DNA of 64,000 nucleotides, taken from Myxococcota bacterium. GTDB taxonomy: Bacteria > Myxococcota > XYA12-FULL-58-9 > JABJBS01. This document shows positions 18,686 through 28,094 of the stretch, in pieces. The position numbers and the translations under genes are program-made. The stretch's first letter is position 1. Every line of letters begins with the position of its first letter. Location: positions 101,707 to 165,706 of the forward strand of contig JAYZAY010000062.1 in NCBI GenBank assembly GCA_036339465.1. The letters run 5' to 3'. The notes below the pieces were generated by a model. It worked only from the letters and a program-made list of their open reading frames with translations. It did not search any database and had not been told where the DNA came from.

Positions 18686-20212
18686 ATGACCGAAGAGCTA
18701 GAAAACAACGGTGAAAACGAAAGACGAGCCAACGTGGCAGAAGACCTATCAGGCGATGCGAATGTCCACCTGGACCTCCCTGAGCTCGAACGTGACTCAG
18801 CGGGTATCCCAACCTTCATATTTAAGGATTCCTTAGCAGAGGGGGATAAGCCAACAGAGGACCGCAAGTCCCTAGAGGTTGTTCTTTTATGGCGCGAAGC
18901 GGTGATGACTGTTGGCCACTACAGTAAGCCCCGCGAAATCACCCTTGGAGATGGGCCGAAGAACGATTTTCGGGTTTCCACTGGGATGGAGCTCGAAAGC
19001 TTTCCTGTGGCCGTTGCGGACGGTCACCATTTTCTGATCAATTGGTCCGAAAACATGTCACTTGAGGTCAGGGGTGACGGTGGTGAAGTTCTTGGTTTGG
19101 ACGACTTGGAACGTCAGGGACGTGTTCAGCAAATCTCGGACCCGTGTGTGGGGCGCCAATATAAAATCGGTTTGCATGAACGGGTCGCGGTTCAGATCGG
19201 CGAAGTCACGCTGGTCGTTCAATACGTCTCACCCGCCCGACTGGTAACAAGCGGGTTGATGAAGACCATTGACCTCTATTTTACGAAGGTACTTTCGCTT
19301 TCGTTTGTGGGCCACCTCTTCTTTATCTTAGCCCTACTCCTCACCCCTCTTGATCCCGAAGGTCTGGACGAAGATCTGTTCAAGAACCCCAACCGATTTG
19401 CTCAACTGATTTTGAAGGAGCCTGAAAAAGCTCCCGAACCAAAGAAGAAATTCGAGCTTTCTGGCTCGAAGAACAACGCTCGTCACAAAGAGAAGGATGG
19501 CAAGTTTGGTAAGCCGGATAAGGTCAAGAAAGATGCGTTGGCCAGTACGAAAGGTGCACCCAAGGTCGATCCGAACAAACGAGAAAAGGATCGAAAAATT
19601 GCCCAGGAATCTGGGATCTTTAAGGCCCTCAAAGGTGGCAAAGGGGCTGTGTCAAATGTGTTCGGTCCTGGTGGGTTAGGCACTGGTATCAACAATGCTC
19701 TTGGTGGCTTGAGGGGCTCAGCCATGGGCGATGCGGGCGGGGCAGGTGGTCTAGGAACCCGTGGTACAGGAGGCGGTGGAGGTGGAACCAGTATGGGAAT
19801 CGGAGGATTTGGTACTGGAACCGGCCGTGGAACCGGCGGTCTCGGAAACATCGATTTGGGCGGCAGGGGGGCGTCTCGTTACAAAGTTAGCGTAGGACGT
19901 ACTGTTACGAAGGGATGTTTAAAGCCCGAGGTTGTGCGCAGAGTTCTCGGAAGAATTCAAAGCCAGGCTAAGTACTGTTACGAAAAAGAATTGCCTCGAA
20001 ACCCCAATATGGCGGGCAAGGTGACGACAACATTTACCATCGGTTCGACTGGTAGTGTGATTAGGACGGGGATAAGCGCATCCACAATTGGAAATGCCAA
20101 TGTGGAAAGTTGTTTACAGCGCATTATAAAGCGGCTTAAGTTTCCACCTTGTCGTGGTGGTGGTACAGCCGATGTTTCATATCCCTGGATCTTCAAGTCG
20201 AGCGGGAGTTAA
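18686..20212 (+). CDS. gltG: TonB/TolA-like energy transducer GltG/PglI (NfsG) homologue
   Basis: TM helix with SFVGH (SxxxH) motif; Lys-rich then Gly-rich linker; AgmX/PglI C-terminal domain (KYCYEKEL.RNP...GKV...FTI...VESCL...YPWIF). Confidence 0.88.
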   Translation: MTEELENNGENERRANVAEDLSGDANVHLDLPELERDSAGIPTFIFKDSLAEGDKPTEDRKSLEVVLLWREAVMTVGHYSKPREITLGDGPKNDFRVSTGMELESFPVAVADGHHFLINWSENMSLEVRGDGGEVLGLDDLERQGRVQQISDPCVGRQYKIGLHERVAVQIGEVTLVVQYVSPARLVTSGLMKTIDLYFTKVLSLSFVGHLFFILALLLTPLDPEGLDEDLFKNPNRFAQLILKEPEKAPEPKKKFELSGSKNNARHKEKDGKFGKPDKVKKDALASTKGAPKVDPNKREKDRKIAQESGIFKALKGGKGAVSNVFGPGGLGTGINNALGGLRGSAMGDAGGAGGLGTRGTGGGGGGTSMGIGGFGTGTGRGTGGLGNIDLGGRGASRYKVSVGRTVTKGCLKPEVVRRVLGRIQSQAKYCYEKELPRNPNMAGKVTTTFTIGSTGSVIRTGISASTIGNANVESCLQRIIKRLKFPPCRGGGTADVSYPWIFKSSGS

Positions 20213-20219
20213 AAGACCA

Positions 20220-20939
20220 ATGTCAATACGAATATTAATAATTACATCCATTCTAGTAGCAGGACAAGTAGGATTTCTTTCGACCGCTTGGGGACAGGCA
20301 GACGATGAGATCGATTTATTACTGGGCGGCGATCATACCGATCAGGAGGCGCCTTCTCCCAGCTTGGATGATCTTAAAGCCCAAGCAGCTAGCGAAGAGG
20401 GTTTACCGGAAATAGGTGAGGACCAGCTGGCGCATTTTGTTCTGGACCGAGGTTTTTATATTACCGGGGATCTGGGTATGTTCCTGTCCTTTGCAGGTCA
20501 GCGCGCGCATTCCAATGTGCAACCCCATGTGGCCATTCGAGCGGGTTACGATTTTAGCAACATGTTCAGTGTGGAAGGTGTTTTGGGCACGAGTTATGTT
20601 TCCCAGAATCCTGTTCCCAACTCAGCTACCCGCGATTTTGGCTTAATCACGTTTGGGGCCCAAGGTGTTGTTGCTTTTCGCCCTACGGACCGATTTGCCA
20701 TCGAACCTAAGTTAGGGGCTGGCATGGCCTTGCTATCGCCCGGCCCTACCGCAGAGACGTATGATTTGGTACCCAGTTCATCAAGTTTTGCCGGCTATGG
20801 ACTCGTCGGGGTTGATCTGAAGTATTTGACGCTTTTGACTGACTTTACTGCCGGACTTGCCTTGGACGGCTATTTTATCCTGGGCCCGAATATCCCAGCT
20901 GTTTCGGCCAGTTTGGCGGTACGATACACTTTCAGCTAG
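20220..20939 (+). CDS. gltH: Outer-membrane beta-barrel GltH/CglE (NfsH) homologue; start revised to ATG 20220
   Basis: Signal peptide; DRGFY...G...HSNVQP...GYD; LKYLTLLTDFTAG; ends RYTFS; last gene of the cluster. Confidence 0.75.
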   Translation: MSIRILIITSILVAGQVGFLSTAWGQADDEIDLLLGGDHTDQEAPSPSLDDLKAQAASEEGLPEIGEDQLAHFVLDRGFYITGDLGMFLSFAGQRAHSNVQPHVAIRAGYDFSNMFSVEGVLGTSYVSQNPVPNSATRDFGLITFGAQGVVAFRPTDRFAIEPKLGAGMALLSPGPTAETYDLVPSSSSFAGYGLVGVDLKYLTLLTDFTAGLALDGYFILGPNIPAVSASLAVRYTFS

Positions 20940-21025
20940 GTTTTGTTCTGAGTCCCCCTTGGACCTTTTTACGACAATTCTAAAATCGGCCTTTCCTTCA
21001 AGGAAGTAACTGGCGCACGGTCTCG

Positions 21026-21823
21026 CTAGAGGTCTGTGTGTTCAAAGAGTGGTAGGTTCCCCTTAAGGAAATTGTGGGAAATAGCTTCTACCCGTTCATG
21101 GTAGTCGGTCAAGAAAACTCGGACTTGTCCAACCGCTTTTTTAGAGGTGCCCAGGTTTTCAACCGCCAGCCTAGCCATTAGGGATCGAGCCACGGCCTCT
21201 GCGCTGTTAACGACATGGACCCCAGGTCCAAGAGCCGATTCAATCAAATCCTGGAAAAGAGGATAATGTGTACACCCTAACACCATCGTATCAATATCTG
21301 CTGACTTCATCGGCGTAAGATAATCATCGAGGATAAGTTGAGTGGCGGGGTGACTTACCATGTTCTCTTCCGCCAGGGGGACGAGAAGAGGGCACGCGTG
21401 CGAAATGACGGAGGCTTGAGGTTCAATTTGATGGATTAGTGTGGAATAGGCAGCGCTCCGCACCGTTTGTGGAGTTCCGAGTACGCCTATCCTTTGATTC
21501 CGCGTATATCTAAGTGCTTCCTTACAACCGGGTTCAATGACCCCCAATACAGGCATTCCCAATTCAGAACGCAGGTTATTGATACCTACAGCACTGGCAG
21601 TATTACAGGCTACGACTATGGCTTTCGAACCCCTCGATCTGAGGAATTGTCCGCATTTCAGCGCGTATTGCCGGACTGTATCAGCAGATTTCGTTCCGTA
21701 GGGTACCCGTGCAGTATCTCCGAGGTAAAGGATATCTTCTTGGGGCAAATGCTGACGGAGTGCAGCGACGACGGTGAGGCCACCAACCCCCGAATCGAAA
21801 ACCCCGATTGGTTGCTCAGACAT
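21026..21823 (-). CDS. murI: Glutamate racemase
   Basis: FDSGVGG, GDTARVPYG, ACNTAS, LGCTHYP. Confidence 0.96.
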   Translation of the reverse strand: MSEQPIGVFDSGVGGLTVVAALRQHLPQEDILYLGDTARVPYGTKSADTVRQYALKCGQFLRSRGSKAIVVACNTASAVGINNLRSELGMPVLGVIEPGCKEALRYTRNQRIGVLGTPQTVRSAAYSTLIHQIEPQASVISHACPLLVPLAEENMVSHPATQLILDDYLTPMKSADIDTMVLGCTHYPLFQDLIESALGPGVHVVNSAEAVARSLMARLAVENLGTSKKAVGQVRVFLTDYHERVEAISHNFLKGNLPLFEHTDL

Positions 21824-21961
21824 GACGACTTTTTAACGGTTTCGTACGGTTTGTGCTAGGCATTTTTAGCCTATTCAAACGCACTACCGTGTTATAGCGT
21901 GTTGCAAAATTTGGAGCTTAAACTCGCGAACTGAGTAGCCCCATAGCGGAAGGAGGCCAGG

Positions 21962-22492
21962 ATGCAAATCGAGGAACCGATAAAGCAGTCCTTTTGGGTA
22001 AATATCATTTGGGTTCTGTCTTTGGTGGTTTCATTGGTGGTTTCATTCCTCATTTTGGGTCCGAGGCCTGCGAATTTAATGGGAGCGCTGGACGTCTCCG
22101 CACTGCCATTGGTCAATGCAACGCTCAATGCGCTCACCGCTCTGCTGCTGGTCATAGGGACCGTGTTGATTAAATTGCGTCGAATCACTGAACACCGAAG
22201 GGTGATGCTCGCTGCCTTTACCTCTTCGATTTTATTTTTGGTGACCTACGTGGTTTACCATTGGTTTAAGGCGGGCCCGAAACCCTACCTCGGCGACTTC
22301 AAGGTAATCTATTACTCTATTTTGATTTCCCATATTGTTTTAGCGGCCGCCGTGATTCCATTGGCGCTTTTTACACTGTTTCGCGGTTGGACTGGCGACA
22401 TTGGGAACCATCGCAGAATCGCGAAAATTACGTTGCCTATCTGGCTCTATGTCTCGATGACTGGTGTGTTGATTTATTGGATGCTCTATTGA
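21962..22492 (+). CDS. DUF420 family membrane protein
   Basis: NATLN...HRRVM...FLVTYVVYH...ILISHIVLA...HRRIAKITLPIWLYVSMTG. Confidence 0.88.
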   Translation: MQIEEPIKQSFWVNIIWVLSLVVSLVVSFLILGPRPANLMGALDVSALPLVNATLNALTALLLVIGTVLIKLRRITEHRRVMLAAFTSSILFLVTYVVYHWFKAGPKPYLGDFKVIYYSILISHIVLAAAVIPLALFTLFRGWTGDIGNHRRIAKITLPIWLYVSMTGVLIYWMLY

Positions 22493-22851
22493 TTAATACG
22501 GACTAACTCCCTGAGGGTTGTTTGCGTATATGAAAAAGGGGAGTACCCGTTTGAGAGCCTTGCACCCCGCACTGAGTTTCTAAGCCGGAATCCAAGGGTT
22601 TGGCGGCTTGGCAAATCAGGCTCCGTTTCTAGCAATACCAAATCCCCTCAGTTTCTCGTCGCCTAAGCCTTGAGATTGGGTTGCTACTGCTCTATCTAGG
22701 CGGCTGGGTCCAAATGCAGAGGAACAATCTTTTTCAGGTATCCTTGGATTTTGGGGTTTTGGGACGCGCAATTGTGTTGCAGTATGCACTGTTTAGCCGC
22801 GGACCTTAAATAAGTTGCGGAATGTCTAATTGAGATCTGGAAGAAAATAAA

Positions 22852-23802
22852 ATGAGTGAAGTAGAAAACGTAATCATAGTTGGTTCTGGTCCTGCGGGTC
22901 ATACTGCGGCGATTTATTCGGCCCGCGCGAATCTCAGGCCGTTAATGTTTGAAGGGTTTAGTGTGGGCGGTATTCCTGGTGGTCAGCTCATGACAACCAC
23001 GGAAGTTGAGAATTATCCGGGTTTTGCCAAGGGGATCTCGGGTCCAGAAATGATGCTGGAATTTAAAGCTCAGTCAGAACGATTCGGCACCCGAGTGATC
23101 ACCCAGGATGTTGATTCCGTTGATCTGTCCCGGAGGCCTTTTAAGTTGGTTTCACAGGGGACGACCTATTTGGCTAAAACTTTGATTATTTCTACGGGCG
23201 CTTCGGCCAAATATCTGGGTTTAGAGAGTGAACAACGACTGCTCAATCGAGGCGTGTCAGCCTGTGCTACCTGTGACGGTGCTCTGCCGATGTTCCGTGG
23301 CAAGGACTTGGTGGTTGTTGGTGGCGGCGATACGGCCATGGAAGAAGCATTATTTCTGACTCGTTTCGCTTCTAAGGTTATTTTGGTTCACCGTCGAGAG
23401 GTATTTCGAGCGTCGAAAATTATGTTTGAAAGGGTACAAGCCCATGAAAAAATCGAAATCGTGATGAACACTGAAGTGGCTGAGGTTGAGGGGACAGAAG
23501 AAGTGACCGGGGTTAAGCTCAAGAACTCGCAGACCGGTGAGGAAAGTATTCGGGAAGTGGCTGGTATGTTTGTGGCGATCGGCCACCAGCCCAACACAGG
23601 GTTTTTAGAGGGGCAGCTACCAACCGATGAGCGTGGCTATCTTTTAACGAAAGCCGATTCCTCGCACACCGAAATTCCGGGAGTATTTGCCTGTGGGGAT
23701 GTACAGGATCATGTCTACAGGCAGGCCGTCACCGCCGCTGGTTCAGGTTGCATGGCGGCCATTGATGCAGAACGGTGGCTGGAAGCGCAGGGAGTAGCGT
23801 AA
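22852..23802 (+). CDS. trxB: Thioredoxin-disulfide reductase
   Basis: GSGPAG FAD motif, CATC redox centre, GGGDTAMEEA, GVFACGDV. Confidence 0.96.
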   Translation: MSEVENVIIVGSGPAGHTAAIYSARANLRPLMFEGFSVGGIPGGQLMTTTEVENYPGFAKGISGPEMMLEFKAQSERFGTRVITQDVDSVDLSRRPFKLVSQGTTYLAKTLIISTGASAKYLGLESEQRLLNRGVSACATCDGALPMFRGKDLVVVGGGDTAMEEALFLTRFASKVILVHRREVFRASKIMFERVQAHEKIEIVMNTEVAEVEGTEEVTGVKLKNSQTGEESIREVAGMFVAIGHQPNTGFLEGQLPTDERGYLLTKADSSHTEIPGVFACGDVQDHVYRQAVTAAGSGCMAAIDAERWLEAQGVA

Positions 23803-23944
23803 AGGTTTGTGGGCTTTAGGTGCTCTCGGGGAAATTGGCCGAATTTTTGTTGCTTGGCCACGCAGCGCATCCTACCTAGAGAGCTTTCAGTGATATTTCG
23901 ATGGATTGGGGATAAACTCTAACGGCGTTAGAACGAGGTGAGAG

Positions 23945-25735
23945 ATGACCGGCAACTTCCATGTTTTTCGGTGTATTATTCTAGGCGTGTTCCTCTCTTT
24001 GATGGGTTTGGCGGCATGCTCCCCGGCCCAACCCTATATTAAACGGGCCAACAAGCTTCTTGTCGAGGGAAAAGCCCGAGAGGCTTTGCGCGAATACAAG
24101 CGCGCACTTGAACTAGACGACGATAACTCGGAGGCTGAATCTGGCGTTCGAGCTGCCAAGCGACAGGTTATTCGGATAGAATTGGCGAGATCAAAGGAAG
24201 CCCTACGTGTGGGTCGAGTGGTGGATGCACTGCGTGGTGCTATTCGGGCATCAAAATACCCATTGGGATTAAAAGAGGTTTCATTGAGAACAAAGGTCAA
24301 TCGCGCTATCGACGCTGCAGACCTAAAAGCACGTGAAGCCATGGATAAATTTCTCGAAGAAAAGCATTATCTCGTGGCTGATGATTTAGCTCAACTTTTA
24401 CTCGATGTGGACCCTCGAGACCAAATTCGGCAGAAATATGTGAAGGATATCTCTAAGCAGGGAATCAAGTACTATTTGGCTCAAGCAAAACAACTCAACC
24501 GGGCCAAACGGCCTGCCGCCGCCACTTTGCGTTATGCCATGGCGAAGTATTTAGGGGCGGATGTGGATGAATCTGAGATTGCAAATCTATGGTCACGCGC
24601 GCGAGCGCAGCATTGTTTTAGAAAGCCCCAGATTCGGTGGAAACTCAAGAAAGGCGTTGAGGCACCGACTCAAAAGATCCAGACGCAAATTGCGGAAAAA
24701 CTCGGGCAGCTGTCTGACCGATGTTTAGGTAGAGAGCGTAAGGTCGAGGTCAATTTGAAACTCTCTAAATACGTTGCCGAAGACGAGGAGAATTCACGAG
24801 CTGCCTATAAGGCTTACCCGGGCGTGCAGATTGAGACGGAGGAAACCTACTATGAAGAAGTGAAAACCGTCGAGATTCAGGAATTTACAGAATATGAACT
24901 GCAGGTGAAACAGGAAGAGCGCAGGGATTGTGCCCCGCGTCCAGGGCAGCCCAGAGGATGTCGTACCTGGCTCGAAGAGGTGCAGACGAAGGTACAGGTA
25001 AAGGTAAAAAAGCCGGTTGAAAAAATCGAGAAAGTCGCAAAAAAGAGACCCGTCAAAGAGATACCGGCAGACAAGGCGCTAAAGTATTCCCAACGTTTCG
25101 TCAGGCGCGCTGTGGAAGTGGAAGGAAAGATTGCGTTTGGAGGAGAGCTACGAGGTGAGGAAGTCCTCAAGCTATTTGAGGAAAGTTCCGATGCGTCAAA
25201 CCCACGGGTGGAAGGCGGTGGGGTCGTTGTTTTCGAAGATCCGATGGAAGCGGTTCCCTTATCTAAATTGATCGACAAAACAGCCAGCCAAATATCCACG
25301 ACCGTTGCCAAACGAGCAGGGCGTTCGATTAAGAAATGGGCTGGGGCTCAAGTTCGAGATGCACGACGTCAAATAGTTGAAGGCAATCTTGATAGCGGCG
25401 AAGAAATATACCTCGGCCTCCTCTTAATTGGGTTGTCGGCCGATGATTCCATGACAACTTATTTTCAAAAACGTCACGGTGAAGAGGTGGGCCGCTTAGT
25501 TGAGCTTGTTGGTCGCTACGAGCGTGCTGCATTTGAGGAAAAAGAAGTTAAAAAGACGACCAAGCAGTCCAAGCCGCAAAAGCAAGAGATTCGGAGAGAG
25601 GAAACAATTTCCGAGGTACCCGCTGAGCCAAGTGCAGAAGAAAAAACAGCGGAAGAAACGCCACCAGCTGAAACTCCGAGTGCGGACTTAGCTGAGTTTG
25701 AGGAAGATATGAAAGAGGAAGAAAACGCTGAATAA
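23945..25735 (+). CDS. TPR-containing lipoprotein of unknown function with an acidic tail
   Basis: Lipobox LAAC; N-terminal TPR; central beta-rich region; Glu/Pro-rich C-terminus. Confidence 0.7.
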   Translation: MTGNFHVFRCIILGVFLSLMGLAACSPAQPYIKRANKLLVEGKAREALREYKRALELDDDNSEAESGVRAAKRQVIRIELARSKEALRVGRVVDALRGAIRASKYPLGLKEVSLRTKVNRAIDAADLKAREAMDKFLEEKHYLVADDLAQLLLDVDPRDQIRQKYVKDISKQGIKYYLAQAKQLNRAKRPAAATLRYAMAKYLGADVDESEIANLWSRARAQHCFRKPQIRWKLKKGVEAPTQKIQTQIAEKLGQLSDRCLGRERKVEVNLKLSKYVAEDEENSRAAYKAYPGVQIETEETYYEEVKTVEIQEFTEYELQVKQEERRDCAPRPGQPRGCRTWLEEVQTKVQVKVKKPVEKIEKVAKKRPVKEIPADKALKYSQRFVRRAVEVEGKIAFGGELRGEEVLKLFEESSDASNPRVEGGGVVVFEDPMEAVPLSKLIDKTASQISTTVAKRAGRSIKKWAGAQVRDARRQIVEGNLDSGEEIYLGLLLIGLSADDSMTTYFQKRHGEEVGRLVELVGRYERAAFEEKEVKKTTKQSKPQKQEIRREETISEVPAEPSAEEKTAEETPPAETPSADLAEFEEDMKEEENAE

Positions 25736-25786
25736 TCGCGTATCCGATGAGTTTAAAGTGTAGGGCTAAACTGTAGGAGTAAGGTC

Positions 25787-27091
25787 ATGTCTCTAGAAAA
25801 TGTAGCGTTGAAGGGTGTAGAAGCAAAGGATTCCCGAGGGCGTCCGACCGTGGAAGCAATTTTAACGATTGGGGAGATCGAAGTTCGGGGCGATGTTCCG
25901 GCTGGGGCGTCTAAGGGGGAAGACGAAGCAAAGACTTTGCCTGTTTCCGAAGCCCTCGATGTGATTGAGGGGGAGATCCTCGATTACCTTAAAACCTCAG
26001 GAAAGAGTTTAGAGAACCACGATGACCTGTTGGCCTTGGAAAAGGGACTCATTGAGCGGGCGGGTGAGAATTATGCACGGCTAGGAGCAAACGCTGTTTT
26101 GCCTGTTTCCCGCGCGCTTTGGCGGGCCGCTGCCTGTCTACAGAAAAAGGAACTCGCTGCTTATATACGTGAACATGAACCTGAACTTTCGTCGAATGGG
26201 CGTGTCTTTTTTCTCATGAATATCTTCAATGGAGGGCTCCATGCTTTGAAGGAAGCTGAGGGAGAAGTTCTGGGTTAGGACAGAATTGATTTCCAGGAGA
26301 TCATGGTTGTACCCTACTCAGCGAAGACCTATTCCGAGGCACTTCTGATGGGTGACAAGATCGACGCCGCTTTGAAAGGGATCTTGGTCGGTAAGTTTGG
26401 GGCTTCTGCTGTGACCCGGGCAGATGAGGCCGGATTTTCCGTGAAGGGACTTGGGGATAGCTTTGAAGCGTTTGATTATGTCTTTCAGGCCATCAGAGAT
26501 GCGGGCTATGAGCCGGGTAAGGACGTAAAATTGGCTTTGGATGTTGCCGCCAGTTCTTTTTATAACAGGGACGCGCAATGCTATCTTTTCCAGGGTAAGA
26601 AAATTAGTTCGGATGAAATGGCAAATTTCTTGGTCTCCTTGGTCGATAAGTATCCGAATACAGTCATTTCTATTGAAGACGGTCTGGATGAGAACGATTG
26701 GGATACGTGGCCGAAGTTGACCCAAGAATTGACCAAACGGGATGTTATCACTGTGGGCGACGATCTATTTGTGACCCAATTTCCTCGGCTAGAAAAAGGG
26801 ATTGAATTGAAGGCTGCTACTGCGATTCTCATTAAGGTTAATCAGAATGGCAGTGTCTATGGGACTCTGGAAGTTATGAAGCGTGCCAGGAATGCGGGAA
26901 TGAAATGTGTGGTATCACATCGTTCTGGTGAGACCTTAGATGATTCGATTGCCGATTTAGCCTATGCGACGGGGGCCTTTGGGTTGAAAACAGGTGATCC
27001 ACAACCTGAAGTGGATTTTCCCGATAAGTCTACCTGGGTTCGGAGAATAAAGTATTTACGAATGGTTGAGCTTGAAGCGAAGGTTGGTTGA
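25787..27091 (+). pseudogene. eno: Enolase interrupted by a single in-frame TAG (26276-26278); pseudogene, sequencing error or readthrough
   Basis: ORFs 25787..26278 and 26303..27091 are in the same frame. The bridge reads VLG*DRIDFQEIMVVP. Motifs DSRGRPTVE, GANA, NGGLHA, DVAAS, IEDG, GDDLFVT and SHRSGET are present. Confidence 0.85.
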
Positions 27092-27129
27092 CGAGGGTTA
27101 TGGCGGATTGGAACACCACTGGGTGGTCC

Positions 27130-27957
27130 TTATAAAAAGAAATCCGGGATCAAATCCGAGCCTGGGTTGACGGCGTAAGCATCAATTTCCCCATCGCTAA
27201 TTCCGGCACCCCTGAGAACATCGTCGTCAATGAAGAAATTTCCCGTGGTTTCTTTGGCTTCCTTTTCGAGGACGGCCACAGCGGCGTCTGCCATGATCTC
27301 GGGTTTTCGAGAGGAGTTCATCATTTCGTCACCACCGAGAAGGTTCTTCACTGCTGCCGTGGCAATGGCAGTTCGGGGCCACAGGGCATTGACGCCAATA
27401 CCATCTACTTTGAGTTCTTCAGACATTCCGAGCACGCACATACTCATGCCATATTTGGCCATGGTATAGGCCACGTGGGGACCAAACCATCTAGGCGTCA
27501 TATTTAGCGGGGGGGAGATATTTAGGATATGGGGGTTTTCTGACTTCTTGAGATGGGGGATGCATTTTTGAGAGCACAAGAATGTCCCACGGGTGTTAAT
27601 TGAATGCATGAGGTCATAACGCTTCATTGGAGTGGCAAGAGTTCCCGTAAGACTGATAGCAGATGCATTGTTGATCAATATATCAATAGCGCCAAAGGTT
27701 TCGACTGCCTTTTTAACGGCGCTTTCCACCAGCTCTTCGGAGCGAATATCTACGACGCATGGAAGCGCCTTTCCACCCGCCGCTTCAATTTCTTCGGCCG
27801 CTGTGTAAATGGTGCCAGGCAACTTGGGATGCGGCTCTGCTGTCTTGGCGGCAACGACGATATTTGCTCCTGCATGCGCGGCCCTAACGGCGATAGCTTT
27901 TCCGATACCTCGGCTCGCTCCTGTGATGAAGATGGTTTTGCCTTTAAGAGACGTCAT
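27130..27957 (-). CDS. Short-chain dehydrogenase/reductase (HSDL2-like)
   Basis: TGASRGIG, AKTAEPHPKLPGTI, NNAS, YTMAK catalytic motif. Confidence 0.92.
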   Translation of the reverse strand: MTSLKGKTIFITGASRGIGKAIAVRAAHAGANIVVAAKTAEPHPKLPGTIYTAAEEIEAAGGKALPCVVDIRSEELVESAVKKAVETFGAIDILINNASAISLTGTLATPMKRYDLMHSINTRGTFLCSQKCIPHLKKSENPHILNISPPLNMTPRWFGPHVAYTMAKYGMSMCVLGMSEELKVDGIGVNALWPRTAIATAAVKNLLGGDEMMNSSRKPEIMADAAVAVLEKEAKETTGNFFIDDDVLRGAGISDGEIDAYAVNPGSDLIPDFFL

Positions 27958-28094
27958 AGGGCTGCTCCTATCAAGTACTGAGTCTTTAAGTTAACTTGTA
28001 GCGGGAGAGAGGCTTGGAAGTCTATAAGTAGGGTCATCATTTCTAGATTAAGAATAGGCGTGGGTGGAGGATTTAGGACCAATATAAATACGGT

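Noticed and set aside
19483..19851. Pro-rich antisense ORF
   Set aside because: Shadow of the Gly-rich linker of gltG.
26276..26278. Genome-wide TAG recoding or pyrrolysine
   Set aside because: TAG terminates many clearly complete genes in this window, and no pyl genes are visible.
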